A stretch of DNA of 64,000 nt, taken from assembly GCF_009914755.1 (NCBI RefSeq), contig NC_060926.1. One strand, given 5' to 3'. The position numbers and the translations under genes are program-made. Source of the stretch: the human T2T-CHM13v2.0 reference genome, Homo sapiens. Position 1 is the stretch's first letter. Every line of letters begins with the position of its first letter. Below the pieces are notes generated by a model. It ran no database searches and was not told the origin of the DNA. It was given only the letters and a program-made list of their open reading frames with translations. Shown one piece after another: positions 44,187 to 58,500 of the stretch.

Positions 44187-45404
44187 GGTTTCACGACCCA
44201 CTAGGAATAGAAACTGTGGCTACTAACAAAGATCTGTGTAGCCTGGACCTCACAGGGAGCTCCAGGAAGAGGTGCTTTGCAGGCAGGGCAGAGGGGCCCA
44301 GAAACAAGAGGTTGCCTGTCTATGGGCCACTGAGTGACTCCATGGGCAAGACACTGTTTGTATGTTAGGCCCTGGTCTTTGTGTGTTTGGGATCGGCCAA
44401 TAATTCTTCCTGGTGGCATTGTACTTGTGTTCACTTTCACACTTTGAAGGGTGTCATGGAAGAGACACCAACACATAAATGAAATGAAATAAACTAAAAC
44501 AAAATAAAATATCCAAGCCATCCCTGCCTGGCAGCTTCAGTCTCCTACTGCTGCAGTGGAAGGTGGCCTTGACTGTCCCCAGGAATCATCTCTGTGTGGT
44601 GGGGGGTCACCAAACAATGCTCCACAGAGCATGAGCATTTGAGGTCCTACCTCTGATTGAACCCTGGTGCCCACAGTTTTACCAAGTTGTATACATTGGG
44701 ATTCTGGACATTTGCTTTAATTTTCCATGTGGCTAAGAAAACAGTTTGAATCACTGTCCTAAGAGATATCTTATTAATTGCCTTTGAGGACACCTCTTGG
44801 CCTCCAGATGGCCCAGCTCCCCTTTCTTGCTCTGATCTGTGCAGGACAAATGAGTATTGCCTTCAGCCATTACAGTTAAGACCAGGTTGTTGTAGTCAGA
44901 CAGACCTTACTCATAATGTCTCAGGGATAACACCAGGGACGCAGACATGTAAAGACTTGTGTGGAGGTAGCCTGACTCACAAGGCCTACCCATTCACTAG
45001 GACTAGAAAATTCCAGGCCACCCCAGCTCCCTATCTCTTGGGCACTGTCTCAGTTTCTACCCAGGAGCTCTCCTCAGCTCAAAATATGGCCCTGAGACAG
45101 TGACACCTGGAGAACCCTGAAGTTCATGGAAAGCAATTCCCTCTGCTTTTTCCCCAAGGCTTGGATTCTGTGTCAGAGTGTCCTGTGTGAGCCCCACTTC
45201 TTCCTAGGATGACTAGCATGGGCATGTCTGTTAACTCCTTCCAGGGAAGACCCTTCCTATGCACTGGGGTGTAGCCATAGAGATCCCTATAGTGTAGTTC
45301 TCAGAATACAGCCCAGCTGTGTCCACTTTCAAACAAAACACCCACCCAGCCACGCCCACACACACCCTGGCAGGAGGTGCTCCCTCTTACTAGTTCATTA
45401 TTAC

Positions 45405-45907
45405 CAGGGTCACCATACATTCTAGCTTGCCTGGGACAATTCCATTTTGTGCCTATTGCCTGGGTGTAAATCAATAGCTCCCCTGTTACTCCCAAAGTGT
45501 CCTGATATGGTTTGGCTGTGCCTCCATCCAAATCTCATCTTGAATTGTAGCTCCCACAATTCCCATGTGTCATGGGAGGGACCCAGTGGGAGGTAGTTGA
45601 ATCATGGGGGTGGGTCTTTCCCATGCTATTCTCATGGTGGTGAGCGAGTCTCATGAGACCTGATGGTTTTGTAAAGAAGAGTTTCTCTGCACAAGTTCTC
45701 TTTCTTTGCCTGCTACCGTGTAGGATGTGACTTTGCTCCTCTTTCACCTTCCACCATCATTGTGAGGCTTCCCCAGCCATATGGAACTGTGAGTCCATTA
45801 AACTTCTTTCCTTTATAAATTGCCCAGTCTTGGGTATGTCCTTATTAGCAGCATAAGAACAGACTAATACATGTCCCATTTGGGGTGATAAATTGTACGT
45901 TACCCTA
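45405..45907. mobile_element. MER94-like hAT-Blackjack element interrupted by THE1
   Basis: Terminal inverted repeats cagggtcaccata ... gtacgttacccta; internal gcctgggaca...aaagtgtcc. Confidence 0.7.
45503..45871 (+). mobile_element. THE1B/C solo LTR
   Basis: tgatatggtttggctgtg...agactaataca; 5-bp TSD tgtcc. Confidence 0.93.
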
Positions 45908-46234
45908 ATTATCATTGTTATGATGAGAGAGCTTCCTGACCCTCAGTGCTCAGCAGAAACCTTACTCTCTCCAGGAAGCCCTCCTACCAGATACCTTGAG
46001 CTGATCTGCTCTTCCAGGCAACTAACTACCAAAGTGTTTAGGCATTTTCTCCAACCCCACTCCTTTACCAGTCTTTCCCATACTTTATTCACTCAAGTAT
46101 TTCATGCCCCTCTACAATGTACCAGGGAGTAGTGAAGGCACCAGGGAAAAACACGAGTACCAAAAGGAAGACTGACAGGAAGTCTCTAGCTATATCTACT
46201 TATTTATAGTATACACTGATAATAAAGACATGCA

Positions 46235-46352
46235 CACATACATATGTATTTTTAATATATACTTTATCATATTTTATGTTATTAATATTTTTATATTGTT
46301 TATATTATATATTATAATAACATATTATATGTTTATAATATATATTTATATG

Positions 46353-46394
<42 letters not shown>

Positions 46395-46400
46395 GTATAA
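46235..46400. repeat. AT-rich low complexity plus (CA)n inside an L2 relic
   Basis: Seen directly. Confidence 0.85.
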
Positions 46401-47480
46401 ATGCTTCCTGATGATAAGGACTGTGAAAAAGGGAGAACCAGGCTGAGGTGAGGCAGGAGGGATGGGAATGTGTGTGCTGTCTTTTATGGAATGGGCAGAG
46501 CTGGTTTCTCTAAGAAGGTGATATTTGAACAGAGGCCTGATTAAGTGAGGGAGTGACTTTGATGTGGAGAAAGCATTCCAGGACAAAGAACTTCATGTGC
46601 AAAAGCCCTAAAAAGGGAGGAACAGCAAGGTCACTTGTAAGGGAGAGGCCACTGGTGTGCACATGGATTGGGAGTGTCTGAGGCTGTCTTCCTCAGGCCA
46701 GGCACTGATGCCCACATCCCGAGGACCTTGGTGAATGTTGATTGGTTGATGATTGATAGTTCACACATCCCTGTGGTTTTCTTGGTCACTGCGGCACTGG
46801 GTCAAAGCTTCGTGGGTCAGCCTGTTTCTAACCACACCAGTGTGGCTGGACTGTTGACCTCTTGTTATGGGCGATGGAGGTTCCCACATGATCTGAACCC
46901 CAGGGCAGAAAGGCCCATGCCACCTCTGTGCAGCTGAGCCCACTCCACAGAACTACCCGAGGCAGAGATCTCAGTGACACACCATCTTCACTCGACACCA
47001 TTCTGTATAATTTTATAAAGCCATACAACAGGCTGTGTATTCAGAAGGCAGAGAGTGTGGCTGAGACCTTAAGAGAAGTCCCATAGTATATGTTTGCTTC
47101 AGGATGTTACATTTGTTAATATTGCATTCTTGTCTGATGGTGTATTTCAGTAGGTGTTCTCTGGACAATATAGACTTTAAAGTTGATTGTGTTTCTCCTC
47201 TGCACTGGCAGCCAGGAAGCTCCTTGTCAACCCAGAGGCTCATCGGTGATAACTGAGCAGGAACAACCAGCATGAACTCCTGTGAATGAACCCTTCCTTG
47301 GTTTCAACTTACCATTCTACTCTTTCTTTTCTCCTGTGTTAAGTTTTCATCTTAGTAAACCAGTTTAAGCCTCCTTGAAGTGGTCTAGATCTTAAATTTA
47401 TCCCTAAGCAAATCACTTTTCTAGACACTTTTATTTGTAAATAAGTTTTTAGCACCTACTATGTCAAAAGAAGTATGTTA

Positions 47481-47778
47481 GGCTGAGTGGCTCATGACTA
47501 TAATCCCAGCACTTCAGGAGGCTGAGGCAGGCAGATCACCTGAGGTCAGGAGTTTGAGACCAGCCTGACCAACATGGAGAAACCCCGTCTCTACTAAAAA
47601 TACAAAATTAGCTCGGTGTGATGGCACATGCCTGTAATCCCAGCTACTCGGGAGGCTGAGGCAGGAGAATCGCTTGAACCCGGGAGGCAGATTGCGGTGA
47701 GCCAAGATCACACCACTGCACTCCAGCCTGGGCAACAAGAGCGAAACTCCGTCTTAAAAAAAAAAAAAAAAAAAAAAA
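47481..47778 (+). mobile_element. AluSp/Sq-like
   Basis: accaacatggagaaacccc, ggcaacaagagcgaaactcc; TSD aaaagaagtatgtta. Confidence 0.93.
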
Positions 47779-49989
47779 GAAGTATGTTAGGCTCAGAAGG
47801 AAGGACTCTAAGTGTTTCAGAGTCCCTGCCCTCCAGCTGAAGTTCCTATTCTATTTGTCTGTCTATTTCTCATGGGTCAGATCTCAATGAATGCAGCATT
47901 CTACAGAACGAAGAAACTGACCTCTAAATTCCATCCCTCAAAAGGATTAACTATTAGCATAATTTACTTTGTTTTAATAATGGTTCTGAGCCTAGTACCT
48001 GCAGAGAGGAAATAGATTTTTTTAAAAAGAAGATGGTTGGGTCGTCATTACTTCAACATGTCTGCTTGTGTCTTTGTCTTGAAGGGAATTAAGAACCTTG
48101 GTGTGAGTTTTTAAATGTCTGACCAACCATCCCCCACACTTTCACCCAACATGGCCACAAAGGAAGGTTGAAACTAATTCAAACCAGCACTCAGCTGCCT
48201 CATACAGTCCTATGCATGAGGGGGGAGGGAAGGGGTTTGGGGAGAGAATATATTGAGATCTGCCCTTTGATCGTGTTCAATGCGACTTTGCATTTACCTG
48301 AGGGATTAAAAGTTCTCATTGACCAAGGCTCCTGGCTTCCTACTCAGCCTTTGACGGGACAAGTGTTAATTGGACAATATAATAGGGACAATGTTAATTC
48401 CCCTCTTAGAGTTCCTTTTCTTGTTCAGTCAAATAGAAAGGCCCTTTTAAATGGCAGAGAGAGGAAGAAAGGAGCTGGTTTATAAGGGTAATAGACTGCA
48501 CATCTTCCCCCTTGTCTCAAAACAAGTGCAATGGAGTCAGCATAAAGGCAGGCCCCTGAACAGGGAAAGAAAGGGAAACGACGTGGTGGTTTGCCTGGAA
48601 TGTCACCCTGGATTAGGGATCAGGGAAATACAGCCAGTAGGTTCTGTCTGTTTTTATAACAGCAGTGGTGGTGGGGAGGGATCGAGGGTAAGGAGGGGGC
48701 AAGAGTTGCAGAGGGCAGAAGCTCATGAGACTCAGGGGTAGGGGAAGGGCAGGATAGTGGGGGTGGTGGATATGTGGCAGGGGGTGACAATGATGATTGA
48801 ATGTAAACAATCAGAAACCCGATGGGACCCCCTGAGCATTTGGGCTGATGCTGATGTTCCCAAACACCAGAGAGTTCACCACTGTGCATGGAAGATGGGC
48901 ATGAGTCAGGGATTCTAGAAGTAACACTGCTTTTAGGAGTTTCTGTAATTAGAATCTTCCTCTTGCCAGATCTCAAAATAGATGGATGTTGAGTTCCCTC
49001 TGGGTTCTGGGAGCCACCTCCCTACTCCCTCACATGCACGGGAATCAGGATTTCCCTGCCAGCTTCCATCTCTGCCCTGTCCTTATGATTGGTTTCTCTC
49101 CTAACAAAGTCTTCTTCCCATTGAACTCCAACTCCGACGCTTCCCTCAGCTCTGGTTTTTATGAATGATGACTCTGGCCTATTCAGTTTTTTATTTGATC
49201 ATTTACTCAATAAAAAGTTTCTAGGCATCTCTTATGTGGTAGGTACTTGACTGTGTGCCCTTGAACAAGTTACTTAAACTTGCTGTGCCCCATACACTTG
49301 GAGATGGGAATAACTGACTTGGCCTAGAGTTTACAGGATTCTCTTTGGGATCAATGGAGATAACGGATGGAAAAAATGTCTTATAAACTGTAAAACATGT
49401 AAAATGAATTATTCTCTTTCTTATGTTTATTCACTGGCAAGATAAAAGGAATGCAAAAGTGGTGAGGAAAAAAGACGATCTGTGTTAAAAGACAAGCTTG
49501 CACTTGTTAGGCATGACGCAGTACAGGTAAGGCCGGAATGGTCAAAGTGGGCTGCGGCTGTCCAGGCTAAGTCACCTGAAGTCCTTTCCATGCTCTTCTT
49601 TTCTGGCACTAAGGTTTTCTGTCAGAAAATGGACGGGTTGAGCTGCCTCTCTGATGGAGCATTTATGATCCTACCTGGGTTGGCCTCTTTCCAAGTTTTT
49701 ATGTGCAAGTCTTTCTTGATAACCACATCAATTTGAGATAATTTGAGACTTGCAAACAGAAATGAAATCTGCAGCTTTTAACCAAATTAATTATTCTTTT
49801 GGTTTCAGGGTTGATCAAGAAAAGAGAAGTAGCTGATCCCCCATATTGTAAGGTCAAATCCTGGAGAAACTCCTCAAACTTATGAAGGTCCTATTTTATA
49901 GTAAAAGAGCAGGAAAAGGTAGGGGAGGCCAAGCTTCACTTGATGAACCTGGAGTGATTTCCCTCAGGTAGCAAGGGGGCGGTACTTGT

Positions 49990-50515
49990 GATTTATCTGT
50001 TATTTCTTAGTTCTACACACTTCTTTTTATATTCTCTTGGAACTAGAAGTCTGCAGACTCCATTTCTTAGGTTTCTTTGCCAGCAGGCTTCTGTCTGCTT
50101 CTGCCAGTAGGCGATGCAGATGGGAGATTGACCAGAGAGGGAAGGAAGAGAAAGATTCTGCTGTGACTCAGACAGGATGGTGTTGCTGGCCATGCTGCCG
50201 GCTGATGTCATGGCAGCAGGAGAGGGTGCCTGGCTAGAAAGAACCAGTGCCTTTTCAGCAGCTGCAGCTCTAGTTGAGAAGATGCATCTTTGGCAGATCC
50301 AGAAGCCACTGAGACACCATCCCAGAACTCAGCAGTGAGAGCGGGCTCTGACCTCTGAGTATGTCCACCTCTTCCTTTTGGTCTCATGAATGCCAGTTGA
50401 TTCTCTTTTTTGCTCTTCCAATTCTTCCAAACCTTTTGTAACCAATTTCCTGTACTAAATTCCCTCCATTTAAAACTGAAGAGCAAATGATTTTTTACTA
50501 ATACGAAGACTACAC
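49990..50515 (+). mobile_element. LTR33-like (ERVL) LTR relic
   Basis: ctgcagactccatttc...ttgccagcaggcttctg...ccttttgtaaccaatttcctgtactaaattccctc. Confidence 0.6.
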
Positions 50516-51656
50516 AAGAATTATTCACCTATGGTGCTCTTAGGGCTGAGAAGACAGAAATTCCTCCACACAGGTGAGTCCAGGAACTTAGTTAAGGCCC
50601 ACTCCTTGCTGACACTAAAACTTGGGGTGATTCCCTCCACCTCCCTGAGCCTCAGTTCTCCCATCTCTGAAATGCACAAAATAAGTTCGGGTCTTCATTC
50701 TTCATGGTAGTGAGTTGTTACTCACAAACGGACCAGCCCTGTGTGCTGTCCATGATCTCAGCATTTGGAGCACCTGAGGGCATCTGGGCGCACTTGAACC
50801 TGGCACAGTTCCTCACCAACCCATCTTCATGCATTTGCTCCATCATCTGGTATCTGGCCTTTGACAGGGCTCTTTTCTGCTCTGGGCTGAAAGCTGCACA
50901 CTTCAGACTCACAAGCCTTTAAATATTTCATAGCAGACTGGCTGGGAATTAATATTTAATCACAGACTCCTTGGCACTTAAATATTTAATCACTGATGTG
51001 GCTGATAAGTAATGAATCAGCGCCCAGAAAAAACTTTTGGTCTCTGGTGCCAGTTTTAAAGGATCTTCGGTTCTGGTCTCAGAGAACAGATAGATACTTG
51101 ACAAGTTTATTTCTATACCAAGTTTACTCACATTTAATATTTTTAAGTGTCAAAAAAATTTGCTTCAATACCAACCTGAGACTTTGGATCAGAAAATCTC
51201 ATTGTGGAAGACCATAAGCCATTAGGAATAGCCATGGATGGTTAAAGTAATAAACATTTGTGTCAGTTCACAACCTAAGAAAAGAGAGGTGCTGGGTATG
51301 ACATAAAGATATCCTCAGAGGTACAAGAGTCGGGGTGGGAGTGGGAAACAGAACTCCTTATATTTCCAGTGGTGATTTAAAGTATGGAGTGAAGAGAAGG
51401 TTTCAGGAAAAAAAAACAAAACAACAAAAAAACAAAAAAAGAACAGAAATTCTTGGAGTCAAAAGAGTAGGTAGAGAAAAAAGAAAAAAGTGAAGTGGGA
51501 AAAATTCATGGAGCTCCATGTTGAAAAAGTAAGGGACGTGAACATTGTGAGTTGAACATCAGAGACTGCTGATATTCATGTCTGTGGTAACAACAGCTCC
51601 ATCACCAGAAAGAAGGATGTTTCTAGAATTCAGCTTTAAAGGACTTTATTTCTCAA

Positions 51657-52215
51657 CAGTGGCAGATACCCATCTTCATTACCCAACAGTCATTGTCCTC
51701 ATTCCTCCTTATTCCTAGTAGAGCCCTAAATTTGTTCACACACTCACCCTTCCATATGCTTTGGGGAGAGGGACATTCTGTTGCCTAGGATGAATGCTGA
51801 TTAATCTAACTGACCAGGGAAGCTCCATTCCCCTTTCTTGTCACTCCTTTACCCATGGGTGTGTAATGCAATTCTGACCAATACAGTATGAAGGGTATGA
51901 AGGAAAGCAGGGACACCTGATCAAAGGGCCTCTAGGGGAAGTATTTCTCACTGAACAAGAGGCACAGGAGGAGGACTTACCTTCCTGCCTGTGGGTGAGA
52001 TTGTGTAGAGTTGTGGGGCAGTGAATTTGCTATCGTGAGAAGACAAGCTGAATACCAAAGCTCAAGATGGTGGAGAAGAAAAATGGAAGCACCTGGTCCT
52101 AGTGCTACTAAATTGACCAACTATAAAACAAACCCTACCTTTAGGCTTCTTGTTATGTGTTTCAGCTGCTTCTGAGTGTTTCATTATTTGTAGCCAAGAG
52201 TATCTAATTAATGGA
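51657..52215 (+). mobile_element. MLT1 (J/K-like) LTR relic
   Basis: caattctgaccaat, aagatggtggagaagaaaaatggaag, ttatttgtagccaagagtatctaa. Confidence 0.65.
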
Positions 52216-52239
52216 CCACATGAATAAGGGAGGTGGCAA

Positions 52240-52562
52240 GATAAAGATTAAAGGCAAATAAGGAGTAAATGAGAAACTGTTTCACACCCATCAGATTGGC
52301 TAATAATTAAGCCTGATACACGCTGACCTTGGGTGAGCAGTGCAGCCACGGGACCTCTCCTACACGGCCAGCGGAAGTGTAACCTGCTCGATAACTTCAG
52401 GGAACCAGTTGGCAGCATCCAGTGAAGCAAGAGACGCAAGGAATCCACGATCAAGCAATTCTCCTCTGTAGCTTAGAGCTAGAGATACTGTGGTCCATGG
52501 ATGGAGAGAAACATCGATAGTCATGCTTATTACAGCATTCTTTGTGATAAAGGAAATTGGAA
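52240..52562 (+). mobile_element. L1ME-type fragment from the ORF2 3' region
   Basis: atgagaaactgtttcacacccatcagattggc...agcaattctcctct...acagcattctttgtgataaaggaaattggaa. Confidence 0.7.
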
Positions 52563-55500
52563 TAATATATATTCTATATAATAATATAGAATATATATTA
52601 TATATAATAATACAGAATATTATACTATATATAATAATATATAATATAATATTAAAAATAATAATATGTAATATAATATTAAATATAATAATATATAATA
52701 TAATATTAAATATAATAATATTTAATATAATAAATATAATAATATATAATATTGTATTATACATAATAATATATAATATTATATTATACATATTATTACA
52801 TATAATACATAATAATATATAATATATTATATATTATGTATTATATCTAATATATATCTAATGTATAATATCTAATATATTATATACTACATATTATATC
52901 TAATATATTATATACTATGTATTATATCTAATATATTACATACTGTGTATTATATCTAATATATTATATATTATGTATTATATCTAATATATTATATATT
53001 ATGTATTATATCTAATATATTATATATTACGTATTATATCTAATATATTATATACAATGTATAATATATTATATTATATATTATGTATAATATATATATT
53101 ATATATTGTACATTGTATAATATATATAATATATTATACATTACGTATAATATATTTTATATTATATATAATATATAATATGTTATATTATATTATAATA
53201 TATATTATATATTATGTATACTATATGTCATATATTAAAATATATTACATTATATCATATATAATATATTAATATTACTATATTAATATTAAATTAATAT
53301 AGTAATATTAACATTAATATAAAATTAATATATAATATTAAAATTGATATATAATATATAATGTATTATATATTATGTATACTATATTATATAATATTAA
53401 CATAATGTAATTAATATAATATAATATATTATAATATATTATTTTATATTTATTGTATTACAAATATATTATATTTATATATAATACAATACATATATTT
53501 ATATCAATATATAAATATATACATTTATATAAAATATAATATATTATATTATATGATACTATACTATATTATGTGATAATATAAATATTTGTAATAAAGG
53601 TATAAATATTTATATTATAAAAATATATTAATTTATTATATTCATATGAATATAATATAATATAATTAATATTACATAAAATTAATATATATTATATTAT
53701 ATATTATATTGTATACATTATAATAAATAATATATGATATAATATTGTACTGCATATTATATAATAATATGTGATATAATATTATCTTATATATTATATA
53801 ATAATATGTGATATTATGTTATATTATATATTATACAATAATATATATTATATTATATCATATATTATATAATAATATAAATTATATTATATCATATATT
53901 ATATATTATATAATAATATATGATATTATATTATATCATATATTATATATTATATAATAATATATGATATTCCATTATATACTACATAATCATATATATT
54001 ACATTATATATTATATAATAATATATAATATTATATTATATATTATATAATAACATATGACATTATATTATATAATATATAATTATGTATCATATTATAT
54101 CATATTATATATTATATAATAATATATTATATTATATCATATATTATGTAATAATGTATTATATTATATCATATATTAATATTAATATGTTAATATTTTA
54201 TCAATAATTTATATTACTAATTATAATATATAACATATAATTACATTATATTAATACTTTAATATTATGTATTATATATTTTCTTATATTAATATTTTAA
54301 TATTATATATTAATTTAATATTAATAAATTACTATTAATATGTTCACATAATATGATATATTATATTATATATTATATGCTATATAATTATATGTTTTAT
54401 ATTATTATAAATATTATATAATGTATATTATATATTATATATATTATATAATATATATTATATAATATATATAATATATATGATATATATTATATATAAG
54501 ATGTAATATATAATACATATATAATTATGTTATCTATTATGATATATTATATAATTATATATCTTGTTCATTATATGTATTATATAATCTATAATAAAAA
54601 TATAATATATTACATAATTATATATAATATATGTTATATAATTATTATATTATATATGTATATATGTATAACTATAATATATAATATGTAATTATATATG
54701 ATTATATATAACTATATAATTATACAGTTATATATAATTATAATTATATATATAATATTATATATAATTATATTATATATTATTATATATGTTTAATTAT
54801 AATATATAATAATATGTGATATATATAACTATATATAATTATATAGTTATATAAAATTATAATTATATATAATATAATTATAATTACATTTTATATTATT
54901 ATATATAATAAATATTATACATTATATAATATATATTATATATAATATATTGCATATTATATATTATAGATTATATGTATTATATCGATTATATAATATG
55001 TTATATATTGTATAATATATAATATATTATATACTATGTATTATACATTATATGCAATTATTATATTATATTATATATTATATTATAATATACTATATAT
55101 TACATTATATATTATATTATAATATACAATGTATATTATATTATATATTATATTATAATATACAAAGTATATTATATTATATATTATAATATAATATACA
55201 ATGTATATTACATTATATATTATAATATAATATACAATGTATATTATATTATATATTATATTATAACATACTATATATTATATTATATTGTATTATAATA
55301 TACTATACATTATATTATATTGTATTATAATATAATTATATATTATATTATATTGTATTATAATATAATTATATATTATATTACATTGTAGTATAATATA
55401 CTATATATTGTATTATATTGTACTTTAATATAATTATATATTATATTTTATTACAATATAATTATATATTACATTATATTGTATTATAAAATAACTATAT

Positions 55501-58500
55501 ATTATATTATATTGCATTATAATATAATTATATATTATATTATATTGCATTATAATATAATTATATATTATATTATATTGTATTATAATATAATTATATA
55601 TTATATTATATTGTATTAAAATATAATTATATATTATATTGTATTATAATATAATTATATATTATATTGTATTATAATATAATTATATATTATATTGTAT
55701 TATAATATAATTATATATTATATTATATTGTATTATAATATAACTATATATTATATTATATTGTATTATAATATAATTATATATTATATTGTATTATAAT
55801 ATAATTATATATTATATTGTATTATAATATAATTAAATAATATATTATACCGTATTATAATATAATTATATAGTATATTATACCATATTATAATATAATT
55901 ATATAATATATTATACCATATTATAGTATAATTATATATTATATTATACCGTATTATAGTATAATTATATATTATATTATACCGTATTATAGTATAATTA
56001 TATATTATATTATACCGTATTATAGTATAATTATATATTATATTATACCGTATTATAGTATAATTATATATTATATTATACCGTATTATAATATATTTAT
56101 ATATTAGACTTTATTATAATATAATTATATATTATATTATATTGTATTGTAATATAATTATATATTATATTATGTTCTATTACAATATAATTATATATTA
56201 TCTTATGTTGTATTACAATATAATTATATATTATCTTATAATTTATAAGACATAATAATATAATATATAATATATAAGATATAATATGATACAAGATATC
56301 ATATATAAGATATAATATATAATATATAATATGTAGGATATAATATTATATAATATATAATATGTAAGATATAATATTATATTATATATTATATAATATA
56401 TAATATGTTATTAATATATATTATATTATATAATATATAATATATCATATATAATATTAATATATTATATAATATTATATATAATATTAATATTTTGTAT
56501 TATATTATATTATATATGATATATTATATAATATTCTACTATATATTATATAATATATAATATATTATACAGTATTATATAATATAATATTATATAATAT
56601 TATATTATATAGTATTATATATCATATCATATATTATCTTATATAGTATTACATAATATAATATTATATGATATATTATATAATATAATCTTATGTAATA
56701 TAAATATATATTATATATACATATATACGTATATATACATATATACATACATATATATGTATATATACATATATATGTATATATAATATATAATATTTTA
56801 TATTATATTATATTGTATATAATATAATATATGATATTATATATTATATTATATATTACAATATATAATGTATACTATATAATTATATCATATATTATAT
56901 ATTATAAGATATAATGTATAATATATATTATATATTATAAGATATAATGTATAATATATATTATATATTATATTACATAAGCTAATAATATATTAATTAT
57001 AATTATACATAATATATAATTATATATATAACTTATATTATATATTCTATATTATTTATATCATATATTATATATTATATATAGTATATTATATATTGTA
57101 TATATTATATATTATATATTCTATATTGTATATATTATATATATTATATATTATATATACCATATTGTATATATTATATATATTATATTTTATATATTAT
57201 ATAAATTATATATTATATGATATATAATATTATATAAATTATATGTTATATAATATATAATATTATATATTGTACAATATATAATATATATAATATACAA
57301 TATGTATTATTTATTATATGATATATAATATATATAATATACAATATCATATAAGATATGTAATATTTAATATATAATATTATATATTCTATATTATATA
57401 ATATATATATTCTAAAATATATGTAGTATATATTCTATAACATATATATTATGTATTATATAATATTTAATATTATATATTATACAATATATAATATCAT
57501 ATGTTATATATTATACTATATAATATATAATATAAGATTATATTATCTATAATATATAATATATAACATATTATATTATATAATATATAATATATAACAT
57601 AATATTATATTACATGTAATATATAATATATAATATCATGATATAATATATAATACATAATATATAATATACGAAATAATATATAATATATAATATATAA
57701 TATGATATGATATTTTATATAATATATAATATATAATATAGTATGATATTACATATAATATATAATATATAATTTAATATTATATTATATATAATATTAT
57801 ATAATGTATAATATAGACTATAGTATAATATAATATATATTATAATATAATATATAAAATAATATAATATATAATATTGTATAATATGTAATATATAATA
57901 TTACATATTGTATGATATATAATGTTATATAATATATAATATTATATATTATATAATATATAGTAATATATAATATATAATGTAATATAATATATAATAT
58001 ATAATATAAGATATAATATTATATGCTATATGATATATAAGATATGATATCATATAATATATAATATGTAAGATATAATATTATATAATATATAATATGT
58101 AAGACATAATATTATATAATATATAATATGTAAGACATAATATTATATAATATATAATATGTAAGATATAATATTATATAATATATAATATGTAAGATAT
58201 AATATTATAATATATATTATATATAATATATAATATAATATCTATATATAATATAATATTGTGTTATATATTATATATAATATATAATATAATATTAATA
58301 TATAATATAATATTATATATAATATATAATATAATTTAATATATAATATTATGTTATATCATATTTTTATTATATAATATTATATTATTATATTACATAT
58401 ATAATACATTATATTATATTTATATAATATATACTTTATATTATATACATAATATATAAAATATATAATATATTATATTTTATATATATTATATATTATA

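Noticed and set aside
49809-49917. + strand exon candidate after ttcttttggtttcag
   Set aside because: Ambiguous donor and no recognisable coding content
52871-56095. Identity with FRA16B
   Set aside because: Shares the motif TATTATATCTAATA and a 33-bp period, but the 33-bp unit differs from the FRA16B unit as I recall it, and the locus cannot be placed from sequence alone
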